From Pirellulales bacterium (lineage in GTDB: Bacteria > Planctomycetota > Planctomycetia > Pirellulales > UBA1268): 45,781 bases of DNA. The notes beneath the pieces were generated by a model, which did not search any database, was not told where the DNA came from, and worked only from the letters and a program-made list of their open reading frames with translations. Below are positions 29,768 to 37,091 of the stretch, piece by piece; within the stretch, counting starts at the first letter, position 1; every line of letters begins with the position of its first letter. Position numbers and translations under genes: made by a program. The stretch lies in contig JBIIOJ010000002.1 in the NCBI GenBank assembly GCA_044337015.1, positions 1-45,781 on the forward strand, given 5' to 3'.

Positions 29768-30097
29768 TCACGGTGCGGGCACGATCGAGATTTTTCCGGC
29801 AAACGGACCGCCGTGGATTTCGAAGCCGACCGCGACTCCCGTCGTGGGAGAACACTCTCCCGCGGCGATTCGTCGCACGGTGCCCCGCCCTCCCGACACC
29901 TCCTCCTCGACGGCGTCGAGCCACGCGAGCCGGTGCCTCGCGATCTCCGTGGCCGTGACTTCCCCGCCCCCGGCGGGCGGCAGCGAGTGGAGCCGCCAGG
30001 TGCGGCAGGCGTCGCCATCCTCGACCATGAGGTCGTAGTGAAGCCCCGCCGGGTCGTCGGGCGCATCGTGATGTTCGAGCAGGGTGTAGCGGGGCAT
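29768..30097 (-). CDS. Small LigD-N (3'-phosphoesterase)-like domain protein
   Basis: Start at ATG 30097 (MPRYTLLEHHDAPDDPAGLHYDLMVEDGDACRTWRL), 109 aa. The HxxxxxxxHYDLxxE..G...W pattern recalls the N-terminal domain of DNA ligase D. It lies 36 nt downstream of thrS on the same strand. Confidence 0.55.
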   Translation of the reverse strand: MPRYTLLEHHDAPDDPAGLHYDLMVEDGDACRTWRLHSLPPAGGGEVTATEIARHRLAWLDAVEEEVSGGRGTVRRIAAGECSPTTGVAVGFEIHGGPFAGKISIVPAP

Positions 30098-30132
30098 GGC
30101 TCGCGGTCGGCCGCTCGAGAATCCTCGGCCGA

Positions 30133-32160
30133 TCAATACTCCTCGCCCGTCTCCTCGGCGGCGTCGCCCCCCGGCATCGCGAGCGGCTTCGGCTTGTGGC
30201 GGACGGCGCGGCGGGCGGACTCGTCGCGGAGCCTGGCGACCGCCTCGTCGAGCGGCATCGCGCCGAGATCACCATCGACGCGGTCGCGGAGGCTCACGGT
30301 ACCCGCCGCCTCGTCCCGCGGACCACAGACGACCATCATCGGGATGAGTTCGAGCTGCGCCGTGCGGATCTTCGCGCCGAGCTTCTCGGCCGCCAGGTCG
30401 ATCCCCGTCCGCAGGCCCGCCGCCTCAAGCCGCTGCTTCACCCCCTTCGCGTAGGCCTCGCTCTTCTCGCTCACCGGGATCACGCGAACCTGCTCGGGCG
30501 CCAGCCACAAGGGAAACGCCCCGGCGAAGTGCTCGATGAGCACGCCCACGAACCGCTCCATGCTGCCGAGCGGCGCCCGATGGATCATCACGGGCGTGTG
30601 CCGGCCGTTGTCGGCGCCGATGTATTCGAGCGCGAACCGCTCGGCGCTCGGCAGGTTGTAGTCGAGCTGCACGGTGCCGAGCTGCCACTCGCGGCCGAGC
30701 GAGTCGTGCACCACGAAATCGATCTTCGGGCCGTAGAAGGCGGCCTCCCCCGGCTCGGGCTCGCAGCCCGGCAGGTTCATCCGCTTCGCAACCCGCTCGA
30801 TCGCGGCCTCCGCCTCGTCCCACCGCGCGGGCGGCCCGACGTACTTGTCGCTCGAGGGATCGCGGAACCCGAGCCGCACGCGGAAGTTCTCGAAGGCGAG
30901 GCTTTCGAGAACCTTGAGCGTGAAGTCGATGCAGCCCTCGACCTCCTGCTCCACCTGCTCGGGGGTGCAGAAGATGTGGGCGTCGTCCTGCGTGAACCCG
31001 CGGACTCTCGTCATGCCCCCGAGCTCCCCCGACTGCTCGTAGCGGTAGACCGTGCCGAACTCCGCGAGCCGCAGCGGCAGCTCCTTGTAGCTGCGGGGCC
31101 TCGCCTTGTAGATCATGGTGTGGTGCGGGCAGTTCATCGGCTTGAGCAGATACTGCTCGTCGTCGCTCATCGCGATCGGCTTGAACTGGCTGTCGGCGTA
31201 GTAGGGGTAGTGGCCCGAGATCTTGTAGAGATCGACCTTGCCGATGTGCGGCGTGTAGACCGGCTCGTAGCCCCGCGCCGCGAGCTCATCGCGGACGAAG
31301 CTCTCGAGCGTCGCCCGCACGGTCGCCCCCTTCGGCATCCAGAGCACGAGCCCGGAGCCGACGAGCGGGCTCGTGGTGAAGAGGTCGAGCTGCTTGCCGA
31401 GCACGCGGTGGTCCCGCTTTCTCGCCTCCTCGACCGCCGCCAAGTGCGCGTCGAGATCGGCCTGGCTGAACCAGGCCGTGCCGTAGAGCCGTTGGAGCTG
31501 GGCGTTGGCGGCGTCCCCCTTCCAGTAGGCGCCGGCGATGTTCGTGAGCTTGAAGGCGCCGATGCAGCCTGGGCTCGGCACGTGGGGCCCTCGGCAGAGG
31601 TCGACGAACTCCCCCTGCCGATAGAAGGAGAGCGTGGGACGGCCGGCGAGGCCCGTCTCGACGTGCTCGACCTTCAGCGGCTGCGCGAGGTCGCGAACGA
31701 TCTCGACCGCCTTGTTCCGCGGAACCTCCACCCGCTCGAACGGCTCGTCGGCGTCGATGATCCGCTTCATCTCCGCCTCGATCGCCGGAAGGTCCTCGTC
31801 GGTGATCGGCCGGCTCGCCCGCATGTCGTAGTAGAAGCCCGCCCCGACGGTCGGCCCGAACGCAAGCTCGACGCCCGGAAAGAGCCGCATCACGGCGCGG
31901 GCCATGACGTGCGCCGCCGAATGCCGCATCACCGGCAACGCCCGCGGGTCTCCCGCCCTCACGAACTCGAGATCGACCGCCTCGCCGGCCGCCGTCTCCG
32001 GCAGCGTCGCGTCGAGCCCGGTCGCCTTGCCGCCCACGACCGCCGCGACGGGTGCCTTCTTTCCCTTGTCGGGCAGGCGGAGATCGGCCGCGATCTCCGA
32101 GAGCCGCATCGTGGCGGAGTAGTCTCGGACGGAACCGTCGGGCAGGCGGACGCTGGGCAT
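30133..32160 (-). CDS. thrS: Threonine--tRNA ligase
   Basis: Start at ATG 32160 (MPSVRLPDGSVRDY, TGS domain), 675 aa. It has RDHRVLGKQLDLF, class II motifs, HRAPLGSMERF and a C-terminal anticodon-binding domain. Confidence 0.95.
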   Translation of the reverse strand: MPSVRLPDGSVRDYSATMRLSEIAADLRLPDKGKKAPVAAVVGGKATGLDATLPETAAGEAVDLEFVRAGDPRALPVMRHSAAHVMARAVMRLFPGVELAFGPTVGAGFYYDMRASRPITDEDLPAIEAEMKRIIDADEPFERVEVPRNKAVEIVRDLAQPLKVEHVETGLAGRPTLSFYRQGEFVDLCRGPHVPSPGCIGAFKLTNIAGAYWKGDAANAQLQRLYGTAWFSQADLDAHLAAVEEARKRDHRVLGKQLDLFTTSPLVGSGLVLWMPKGATVRATLESFVRDELAARGYEPVYTPHIGKVDLYKISGHYPYYADSQFKPIAMSDDEQYLLKPMNCPHHTMIYKARPRSYKELPLRLAEFGTVYRYEQSGELGGMTRVRGFTQDDAHIFCTPEQVEQEVEGCIDFTLKVLESLAFENFRVRLGFRDPSSDKYVGPPARWDEAEAAIERVAKRMNLPGCEPEPGEAAFYGPKIDFVVHDSLGREWQLGTVQLDYNLPSAERFALEYIGADNGRHTPVMIHRAPLGSMERFVGVLIEHFAGAFPLWLAPEQVRVIPVSEKSEAYAKGVKQRLEAAGLRTGIDLAAEKLGAKIRTAQLELIPMMVVCGPRDEAAGTVSLRDRVDGDLGAMPLDEAVARLRDESARRAVRHKPKPLAMPGGDAAEETGEEY

Positions 32161-32187
32161 GGGGAACCTTCGGGAGATAAAAACGAG

Positions 32188-32216
32188 AGTATCGGTAAGC
32201 GGCTGACGAGCGGCAA
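32188..32216 (-). promoter_or_regulatory. Candidate sigma-70-type promoter of thrS
   Basis: On the minus strand, TTGCCG (32216-32211), a 17-nt spacer, then GATACT (32193-32188), about 28 nt upstream of the thrS ATG. This is a pattern match only, and planctomycete promoters are poorly defined. Confidence 0.25.
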
Positions 32217-32245
32217 GACGCGGCCACCATGAGGGTTCTTTCGGC

Positions 32246-32863
32246 ATGACGAGGCGGCGATTCCGAATTCCACCGCCGCCCCGAGGGCTGCCCCGGCAGC
32301 TGAAGGTGGCCTACGTGCTCATCGCGGCGGTCGTGGCGGCGATCGTCTCATCGATCCCGCAGTGTCCGCTCCACGATGCCCAGGGCCGGCCGCTCTGGCG
32401 GGTGCGGACGGTCCACGACGGCGACACGGTGACCTGCACCGACGAGAAGGGGCAGCTGCAGAAGATTCGTCTGGTGGGGATCGACGCGCCCGAGTTCGAC
32501 CAGCCCCACGGCCGCACCGCGCGGGCGGCCCTCGAGACGAAGCTCGCTGGAGGCGGCGTGCGGGTGGTGGACCGCGGCCGCGACCAGCATGGACGCCTGC
32601 TCGGCACGCTCTTCCTCGACGCTTCATCGGACGGATCAACGACCACCAGGGTAGGCCGCAACATCAACCGGGAGATGGTGCTGGAAGGTCATGCCTGGGT
32701 GTTCGGCGGGTTCTCCCCCGACCCGGATCTCGTGGCCGCCGAGGAGGAGGCGAAGAAATCCCGGCGCGGCCTCTGGGCCGATCCCCGGGCGATCCCCCCG
32801 TCCCGCTGGCGCGACACGCACCCGCCGCACCAGCGTGTGCCGGGCCGAACGCCCCTTCCTTGA
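32246..32863 (+). CDS. Thermonuclease (staphylococcal nuclease homologue), membrane-anchored
   Basis: An N-terminal hydrophobic anchor VAYVLIAAVVAAIV is followed by SNase motifs VHDGDTV, IRLVGIDAPE, NREMVLEGHAW and RRGLWADP. Confidence 0.85.
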   Translation: MTRRRFRIPPPPRGLPRQLKVAYVLIAAVVAAIVSSIPQCPLHDAQGRPLWRVRTVHDGDTVTCTDEKGQLQKIRLVGIDAPEFDQPHGRTARAALETKLAGGGVRVVDRGRDQHGRLLGTLFLDASSDGSTTTRVGRNINREMVLEGHAWVFGGFSPDPDLVAAEEEAKKSRRGLWADPRAIPPSRWRDTHPPHQRVPGRTPLP

Positions 32864-32925
32864 CTGGGCCCGTTTTCGGCGTGAAACTCTCGGAGTCTCG
32901 GCGACTGCGTCCGCCGGGCCGACCC

Positions 32926-32999
32926 GGGCGATTAGCTCAGTTGGTTAGAGCACTAGCTCGACAAGCTAGGGGTCATAGGTTCGAGTCCTATATCGCCCA
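32926..32999 (+). tRNA. tRNA-Val, anticodon GAC, with an unusual C at position 33
   Basis: Manual cloverleaf: acceptor GGGCGAT/ATCGCCC, D arm GCTC-AGTTGGTTA-GAGC, anticodon stem CTAGC/GCTAG with loop TCGACAA, variable GGGTC, T arm ATAGG-TTCGAGT-CCTAT, discriminator A. No CCA is encoded. Confidence 0.85.
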
Positions 33000-33014
33000 C
33001 TGTCCTCGCCCACT

Positions 33015-33046
33015 GTGCCGTTTTTCGAGAGTGCCGTTTTTCGAGA
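33015..33046. repeat. 16-bp tandem duplication GTGCCGTTTTTCGAGA x2
   Basis: Identical copies lie at 33015-33030 and 33031-33046, 16 nt after the tRNA. Confidence 0.9.
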
Positions 33047-33062
33047 CCGGCCTGATGTGCGA

Positions 33063-33099
33063 GGAACCCGCGGGAACCACAGTGGTGGCCGCGGGTTCC
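33063..33099 (+). terminator. GC-rich hairpin downstream of tRNA-Val (possible terminator)
   Basis: GGAACCCGCGG (33063-33073) pairs perfectly with CCGCGGGTTCC (33089-33099), with a 15-nt loop. There is only a weak T tract afterwards (GGCGTTTCG), so terminator function is uncertain. Confidence 0.3.
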
Positions 33100-33158
33100 G
33101 GCGTTTCGTGCGGCGAGGGGCTTTCCGGCGCGGACGTGCCTGCGGAGTCGCAATTCGC

Positions 33159-33195
33159 GTCGCACGGTGTCGACGTCGCACGGTGTCGACGTCGG
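33159..33195. repeat. 16-bp tandem repeat GTCGCACGGTGTCGAC x2.3
   Basis: Copies lie at 33159-33174 and 33175-33190, plus a partial GTCGG at 33191-33195. Confidence 0.9.
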
Positions 33196-33291
33196 GGTCT
33201 CCGGCCCGCGCTGGCTTAGGTCGCCGCCGCGCACGGCGTGCTCGCCACCGTGGTGCTCGGTCTTCTCGGCAAGCACGGTCCGCCGGTCCGA

Positions 33292-34221
33292 CTATCGGTG
33301 CAACACGAACGCTTGTTGCCGGACCGCAGCCGCCGCCTTCACCACTCCGATCGTGAACGTTTTCACCACGGTGCTGCCGTCGCTCGCGGTCGACTGGACG
33401 CGGATCGAGTACGACTTGCGTGCGGCATAATTGAGCGGAAACCTCGTCCGCAACTCATCGCCGACGATCTTGAACACGCCGTTGTCCCGCGACCCCGCCC
33501 CCGCCACAAGCTTGTAGGCATACGTTTCGTTCGTGTACCCATGAGGCGTGGAGAGCCGGCCGACGACAGTGCCGGCCCGGCTTTTTTCAGCTACGGTCGT
33601 CGAGGAGAGGCCCACGGTTGGTGGTGCCTGCACAATGAGGACCTCATTGGTCTGCTCCCCCGTGTCGGGATTCACCCGGAAGGACCGCAACTCGGCGCTC
33701 TTGTAGGTGAGTTTCAACGTTTCCGTCGTCATCTCAGGGCCGGACGACTCCGCGTGGACGGCGTAGCTGGCGAAAGCGAGATCATGGAACTCGTACGTCA
33801 GATACGGCACCTCTGTTCCGCTCACGGGAATGGTGAAGTGAACCACGATGTTCTCGTTGAATCTCCCCAAGGCGCATGCCTCCATCAGCTGCGGCGAACT
33901 CCTGTCCAACTGTCGAGTGAAGGTTACCTCTCCAAGACTCGTCTCACCTCTCGGGCGTTGCTGATCGACGGCTCCCCCGGGTATCGACCTAAAGATCGGA
34001 GTCGCCGCTCTAATAAGGATCCAGTCGTCGTGCCCCGGATCGGTCGAGTCGCCGGCGATGCCTTCGATTTTCAAAAACGCGGCGAGGAGATCGCGACGCT
34101 CGAGTGGCTCGGCAGCGAGGCTACAGGCACGGGAGAGGACGTTTCGCCGACGTCGGGCCGGGGTCGGCTCGCGAGTGAAGCCGGAGAGAACGGAAGGCAG
34201 GAGGCTGCGAGTGCTGACCAT
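33292..34221 (-). CDS. Secreted Hcp-fold (T6SS tube protein-like) domain fused to a cadherin-like repeat
   Basis: ORF of 309 aa. The N-terminus has RRRR...LAAEPLERRDLLA. Hcp-type motifs follow: FLKIEGIAGDSTDPGHDDWI, LDRSSPQLMEACALGRF and TETLKLTY. The C-terminus has the cadherin-type AGTVVGRLS...YKLVAGAGSRDNGVFKIVGDELRT...YSIRVQSTASDG. Confidence 0.75.
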   Translation of the reverse strand: MVSTRSLLPSVLSGFTREPTPARRRRNVLSRACSLAAEPLERRDLLAAFLKIEGIAGDSTDPGHDDWILIRAATPIFRSIPGGAVDQQRPRGETSLGEVTFTRQLDRSSPQLMEACALGRFNENIVVHFTIPVSGTEVPYLTYEFHDLAFASYAVHAESSGPEMTTETLKLTYKSAELRSFRVNPDTGEQTNEVLIVQAPPTVGLSSTTVAEKSRAGTVVGRLSTPHGYTNETYAYKLVAGAGSRDNGVFKIVGDELRTRFPLNYAARKSYSIRVQSTASDGSTVVKTFTIGVVKAAAAVRQQAFVLHR

Positions 34222-34474
34222 GGAATGTCAATCCAAAAAGGTGACGGCCAAAGTGGCCTTGGGAACACCCTACCATCCCACGGAACGCATTCCACTTCTA
34301 GGTAGCGGTCCGCTACGGGATCGGCTACCGCGGACTGCCGAGTCGTTCGGAAATCCGGATTTCCGCAGGCCGGTCGACCTGGACGCCGAAAGAAAAGCCC
34401 GGCCAGTGGCGTTTTTCTGTCGTCGGCGCGGAGTCTTTCCGAGTCCGGCAGGGGTCACAGGCCGTGGATGTCGA

Positions 34475-34568
34475 TCGCGGGCAACTCGTCGGGCGACGCT
34501 TGAAAGACGTCGTGATCGTCATCGGTTTGCACGAGTTCGTCTCAGGCGGTCGGCGGGCCACGGGCGGG
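34475..34568. repeat. 94-bp dispersed repeat, copy 1 (3' flank of the IS91-like relic)
   Basis: About 80 percent identical by manual alignment to 36336-36428, in the same orientation. It starts TCGCGGGCA and ends CCACGGGCGGG. Confidence 0.8.
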
Positions 34569-35205
34569 AGAGACTCACCGGAGGCTCGACAGGCAATCCG
34601 CGAGGTGTCGTGAGAGCGCGGTTTGTCGTGTGAGTCGCAGCAGTCGCCGGTGGCATCTTCGGCCGCCGCATGTCTGCCGACCTGAGCTTGTGATTCGGGG
34701 CGAAGACGCCGTGGTAGCGATGCCGATGCTTTCGCGGTGGCGGCACGAGATCGGCCAGCCGGCCCAAGAAGTCAAACGGCGAGAGTTCGACGACGCCGTT
34801 GGCGCCCGGCCGCGTGGACTTCCGCCCGCGCCCCGGGCCGACCCAGTTGGCCGCCCAAAGGATGACCCAGCGTCGGGGGAGCACGTAGCGGACGCGGGCG
34901 ATGCGGCCGTCTTCGCCGCGGACCACGGAGAGCCGCTCCAGCGCGAAGGGCGTACGGGCACTGTATCGCAGCAGGTGCTCGAGACTCTGAAAATAACTCG
35001 GCACTTCGCGGTCGATGAGCGTGATCCGCACGCTTAACGAGAGCCCGCAGTGGCTGCACGCGTCGTGCGTCTGCGCGAGCCCGCGAAAGAGCGGCCCGCT
35101 GCTGCACCGCGGGCACGGCAATCGCAGCGCACAGCCGAGCACGGGAGAGCGGTGAGGGGCAGCCGTCGGCACGTCCGTGAGATCAAAAACCGGACTCGAG
35201 ATCAC
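34519..35205 (-). pseudogene. Rearranged IS91-like transposase relic (C-terminal pieces only)
   Basis: In ORF 34519..35205, LLRYSARTPFALERL...FLGRLADLVPPPRKHRHRYHGVFAPNHKLR matches my recollection of the C-terminal region of IS91-family-annotated transposases. A CPRC...ITLIDREV piece that normally follows this region lies in front of it. No catalytic N-terminal part is present. Confidence 0.5.
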
Positions 35206-35252
35206 ACCACGATCAGCGTTTCTCGAGCGCGGCGGAGTATAGGTGCGCCGCG

Positions 35253-35344
35253 GATTCGTCCCAGCCCGCGCCCGATTCGTCCCTGCTCAATCCCGATTCG
35301 TCCCAGCCCGCGCCCGATTCGTCCCTGTTTCATTCCGATTCGTC
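35253..35344. repeat. Five GATTCGTC motifs phased at exactly 21 bp (42-bp unit x2.2)
   Basis: The motif starts at 35253, 35274, 35295, 35316 and 35337. The units alternate between GATTCGTCCCAGCCCGCGCCC and GATTCGTCCCTG(C/T)T(C/T)A(A/T)TCC. The array ends about 90 nt upstream of the PEP-CTERM gene. Confidence 0.9.
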
Positions 35345-35436
35345 ACTTTGTGCAGAACTCAATTGAAACGCCGCCTCATTCTTCTTAAATTCCTCTGAGC
35401 ATTCGAGCGAACTCGATATTTCGTGGAGCCTGCACT

Positions 35437-36135
35437 ATGAATCGAATCATCTTCGCCATTGGCACACTCCTCGCTTTCGGCACGTCCGTCCCGGCCCACG
35501 CCACGTTCATCACGATCGATCAGTTCAGTGCGGGAACGACCGATCTGAACATCACCGCGGCAGCCCCGCCGACGCTCACATCGAGTGAAACGCAAACCGG
35601 ATTGACGGGGGTGCTTGGTGGATCGCGCAATGTGCAAATCCAAAAGGTAAGCGGACTATCGGGCAGCACGCGGAACGTCCAGGCAGCCGTCGATGCCCCG
35701 AACCAGCAGTTCGCATATATCTCTGGGAACGGCGTCATCGGCACGATGACCCTGACATACAACGCGAATGGCGCAGGCCTGAACACGCAACTTGGCCTCG
35801 TTGACTCGATTCTTCTGAACTTTGTGGACGGCGACTACAGCGAAACGCGGACGATTCCCATTACAGTCACGATCACCGCCGCCAACGACCAGACCGGTTC
35901 GCTCACGCAGACGCTCGCCGTGGCACAAAATCCGTATGTCATGGAATTCGCGATCTCAAACTTCAGCAACCTCAGTGGCCTGAACCTGTCCACGAATACC
36001 GTGAAATCAATCTCCATGAACTTCTCTCCGAGTGCCACATCGGCCGACTTCACGCTCTCCCAAATCCAAGTCGTGCCGGAGCCGTCCGCCTACGCTCTCG
36101 CGGTCATCGGAGTGGCGGCGGGCTTGAAGACTTGA
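35437..36135 (+). CDS. PEP-CTERM sorting domain protein
   Basis: ATG 35437 has GGAG upstream. It has the signal MNRIIFAIGTLLAFGTSVPAHA and the C-terminus VVPEPSAYALAVIGVAAGLKT (PEP motif plus a hydrophobic helix). The DNA is visibly more A/T-rich than its surroundings. Confidence 0.85.
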   Translation: MNRIIFAIGTLLAFGTSVPAHATFITIDQFSAGTTDLNITAAAPPTLTSSETQTGLTGVLGGSRNVQIQKVSGLSGSTRNVQAAVDAPNQQFAYISGNGVIGTMTLTYNANGAGLNTQLGLVDSILLNFVDGDYSETRTIPITVTITAANDQTGSLTQTLAVAQNPYVMEFAISNFSNLSGLNLSTNTVKSISMNFSPSATSADFTLSQIQVVPEPSAYALAVIGVAAGLKT

Positions 36136-36335
36136 CCTGCCACCAGCCAGCGTCGCCACTTTCAGAGGGCGCGTCACCCGTTCGGTACGGCGAGCAGTTG
36201 TGCGAGCCGGGGCCGCATGTCGGCTTCACCAACTCGCTCGCGAAGACGATGTGCACCGCCTCGCGGGCCGAAGGTCAGGTCGGCCAATAGACCTTCGGCA
36301 AGCGTCGGCGCAGATCGGCCTTGAAACCGCTCTTC

Positions 36336-36428
36336 TCGCGGGCAGCTCGTCGGGTGACGCTTAAAAGACATTTCGGCGTCATCGGCCTGCACCAGTTCTC
36401 CCCAGTCGGTTGGCGGACCACGGGCGGG
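36336..36428. repeat. 94-bp dispersed repeat, copy 2 (3' flank of the IS256-like relic)
   Basis: See copy 1 at 34475-34568. In both copies the transposase-relic ORF reads into the repeat in the same frame (RPWPADRLRRTRANR versus RPWSANRLGRTGAGR). Confidence 0.8.
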
Positions 36429-36881
36429 CACGTTCGGTTTCCCAGTCATCGCTGATCTCGGAGAGGACGGCAGGGGCGAGGCGCAAAAGCGAAGCCTCGT
36501 TCGGGAACAGCGTGGCGACCCCCCTCCGTCGCTTGATCTCGCTGTTGAGCCGCTCGAGGCCGTTGGTCGTTCGGAGCCGCCGCTCTGCCTCGGCGGGCTC
36601 ATCGGCATCGAAGACGCGGCGCAGGTCGCCGGCGACCTCCGGCGGCATCGCGATCTTCGGCACGTGAGCCGGCGAGCTTCACTCCCTGCACGTACATCTC
36701 GGCGACGGCGAGCGTCATCGCCCGTTCGCTGATGAGACTCGGCTTGGAGCACCTGCTCTCGCTCGATCTGCATGGCGTGATTCATGATCGTCGCGAGGGC
36801 AGATGCCATGGCAGTTGGGCCGTGCTCGATGAGCAGGGCCGTGAGGTCGTTGATCGCCGGGCATTCGTCTTGGTGGGTCAT
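36379..36881 (-). pseudogene. IS256 (mutator) family transposase relic with the catalytic core deleted
   Basis: An N-terminal piece MTHQDECPAINDLTALLIEHGP...IEREQVLQAESHQRT (from ATG 36881) and, in another frame, a C-terminal piece LRTTNGLERLNSEIKRRRGVATLFPNEASLLRLAPAVLSEISDDWE (ORF 36379..36663). About 250 central residues are missing. Confidence 0.6.
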
Positions 36882-37091
36882 CTCGGGTTCCTTGGAGGAG
36901 TTGCAGTAACTCCAAGAAAGCCCCGATGGCTCACTTCTTCGAATAGCGTCGCATTTCGCGTCGCACAGGCCATCCGGACGATGATCGCAAAGGTTCGGGC
37001 ATGACCTGTCCGTGCCGATGACGCCGCGGTCCTGCCCCGCTGATCGCGGCACTTCGAGATCCAGCGACGAGGTCCGGCGGCCACGGGAAAC

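Noticed and set aside
33292-34221. Calling the region a type VI secretion locus because of the Hcp-like domain
   Set aside because: No TssA-M, VgrG, PAAR or ClpV genes occur anywhere in the window. The protein also has an N-terminal leader that canonical Hcp lacks.
35080-35140. DUF983-like zinc ribbon (CPRCSSGPLFRG...CSHCG) as an independent small gene
   Set aside because: It is embedded in the same frame as transposase-derived sequence. It fits better as the displaced C-terminal CPxCGG piece of the IS91-like transposase relic.
35050-35388. ORFs with periodic peptides (RPIRPS... at 35050..35388; FPLTRRCG... at 4587..4851)
   Set aside because: These are simply translations of the DNA tandem repeats. 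They have no start context and overlap better-supported features.
36153-36160. Possible distal att repeat (TCGCCACT versus the tRNA 3' TCGCCCACT) marking the island end after the PEP-CTERM gene
   Set aside because: It is only an imperfect 8-of-9 match, which is expected by chance in GC-rich DNA. It is insufficient to define an island boundary.
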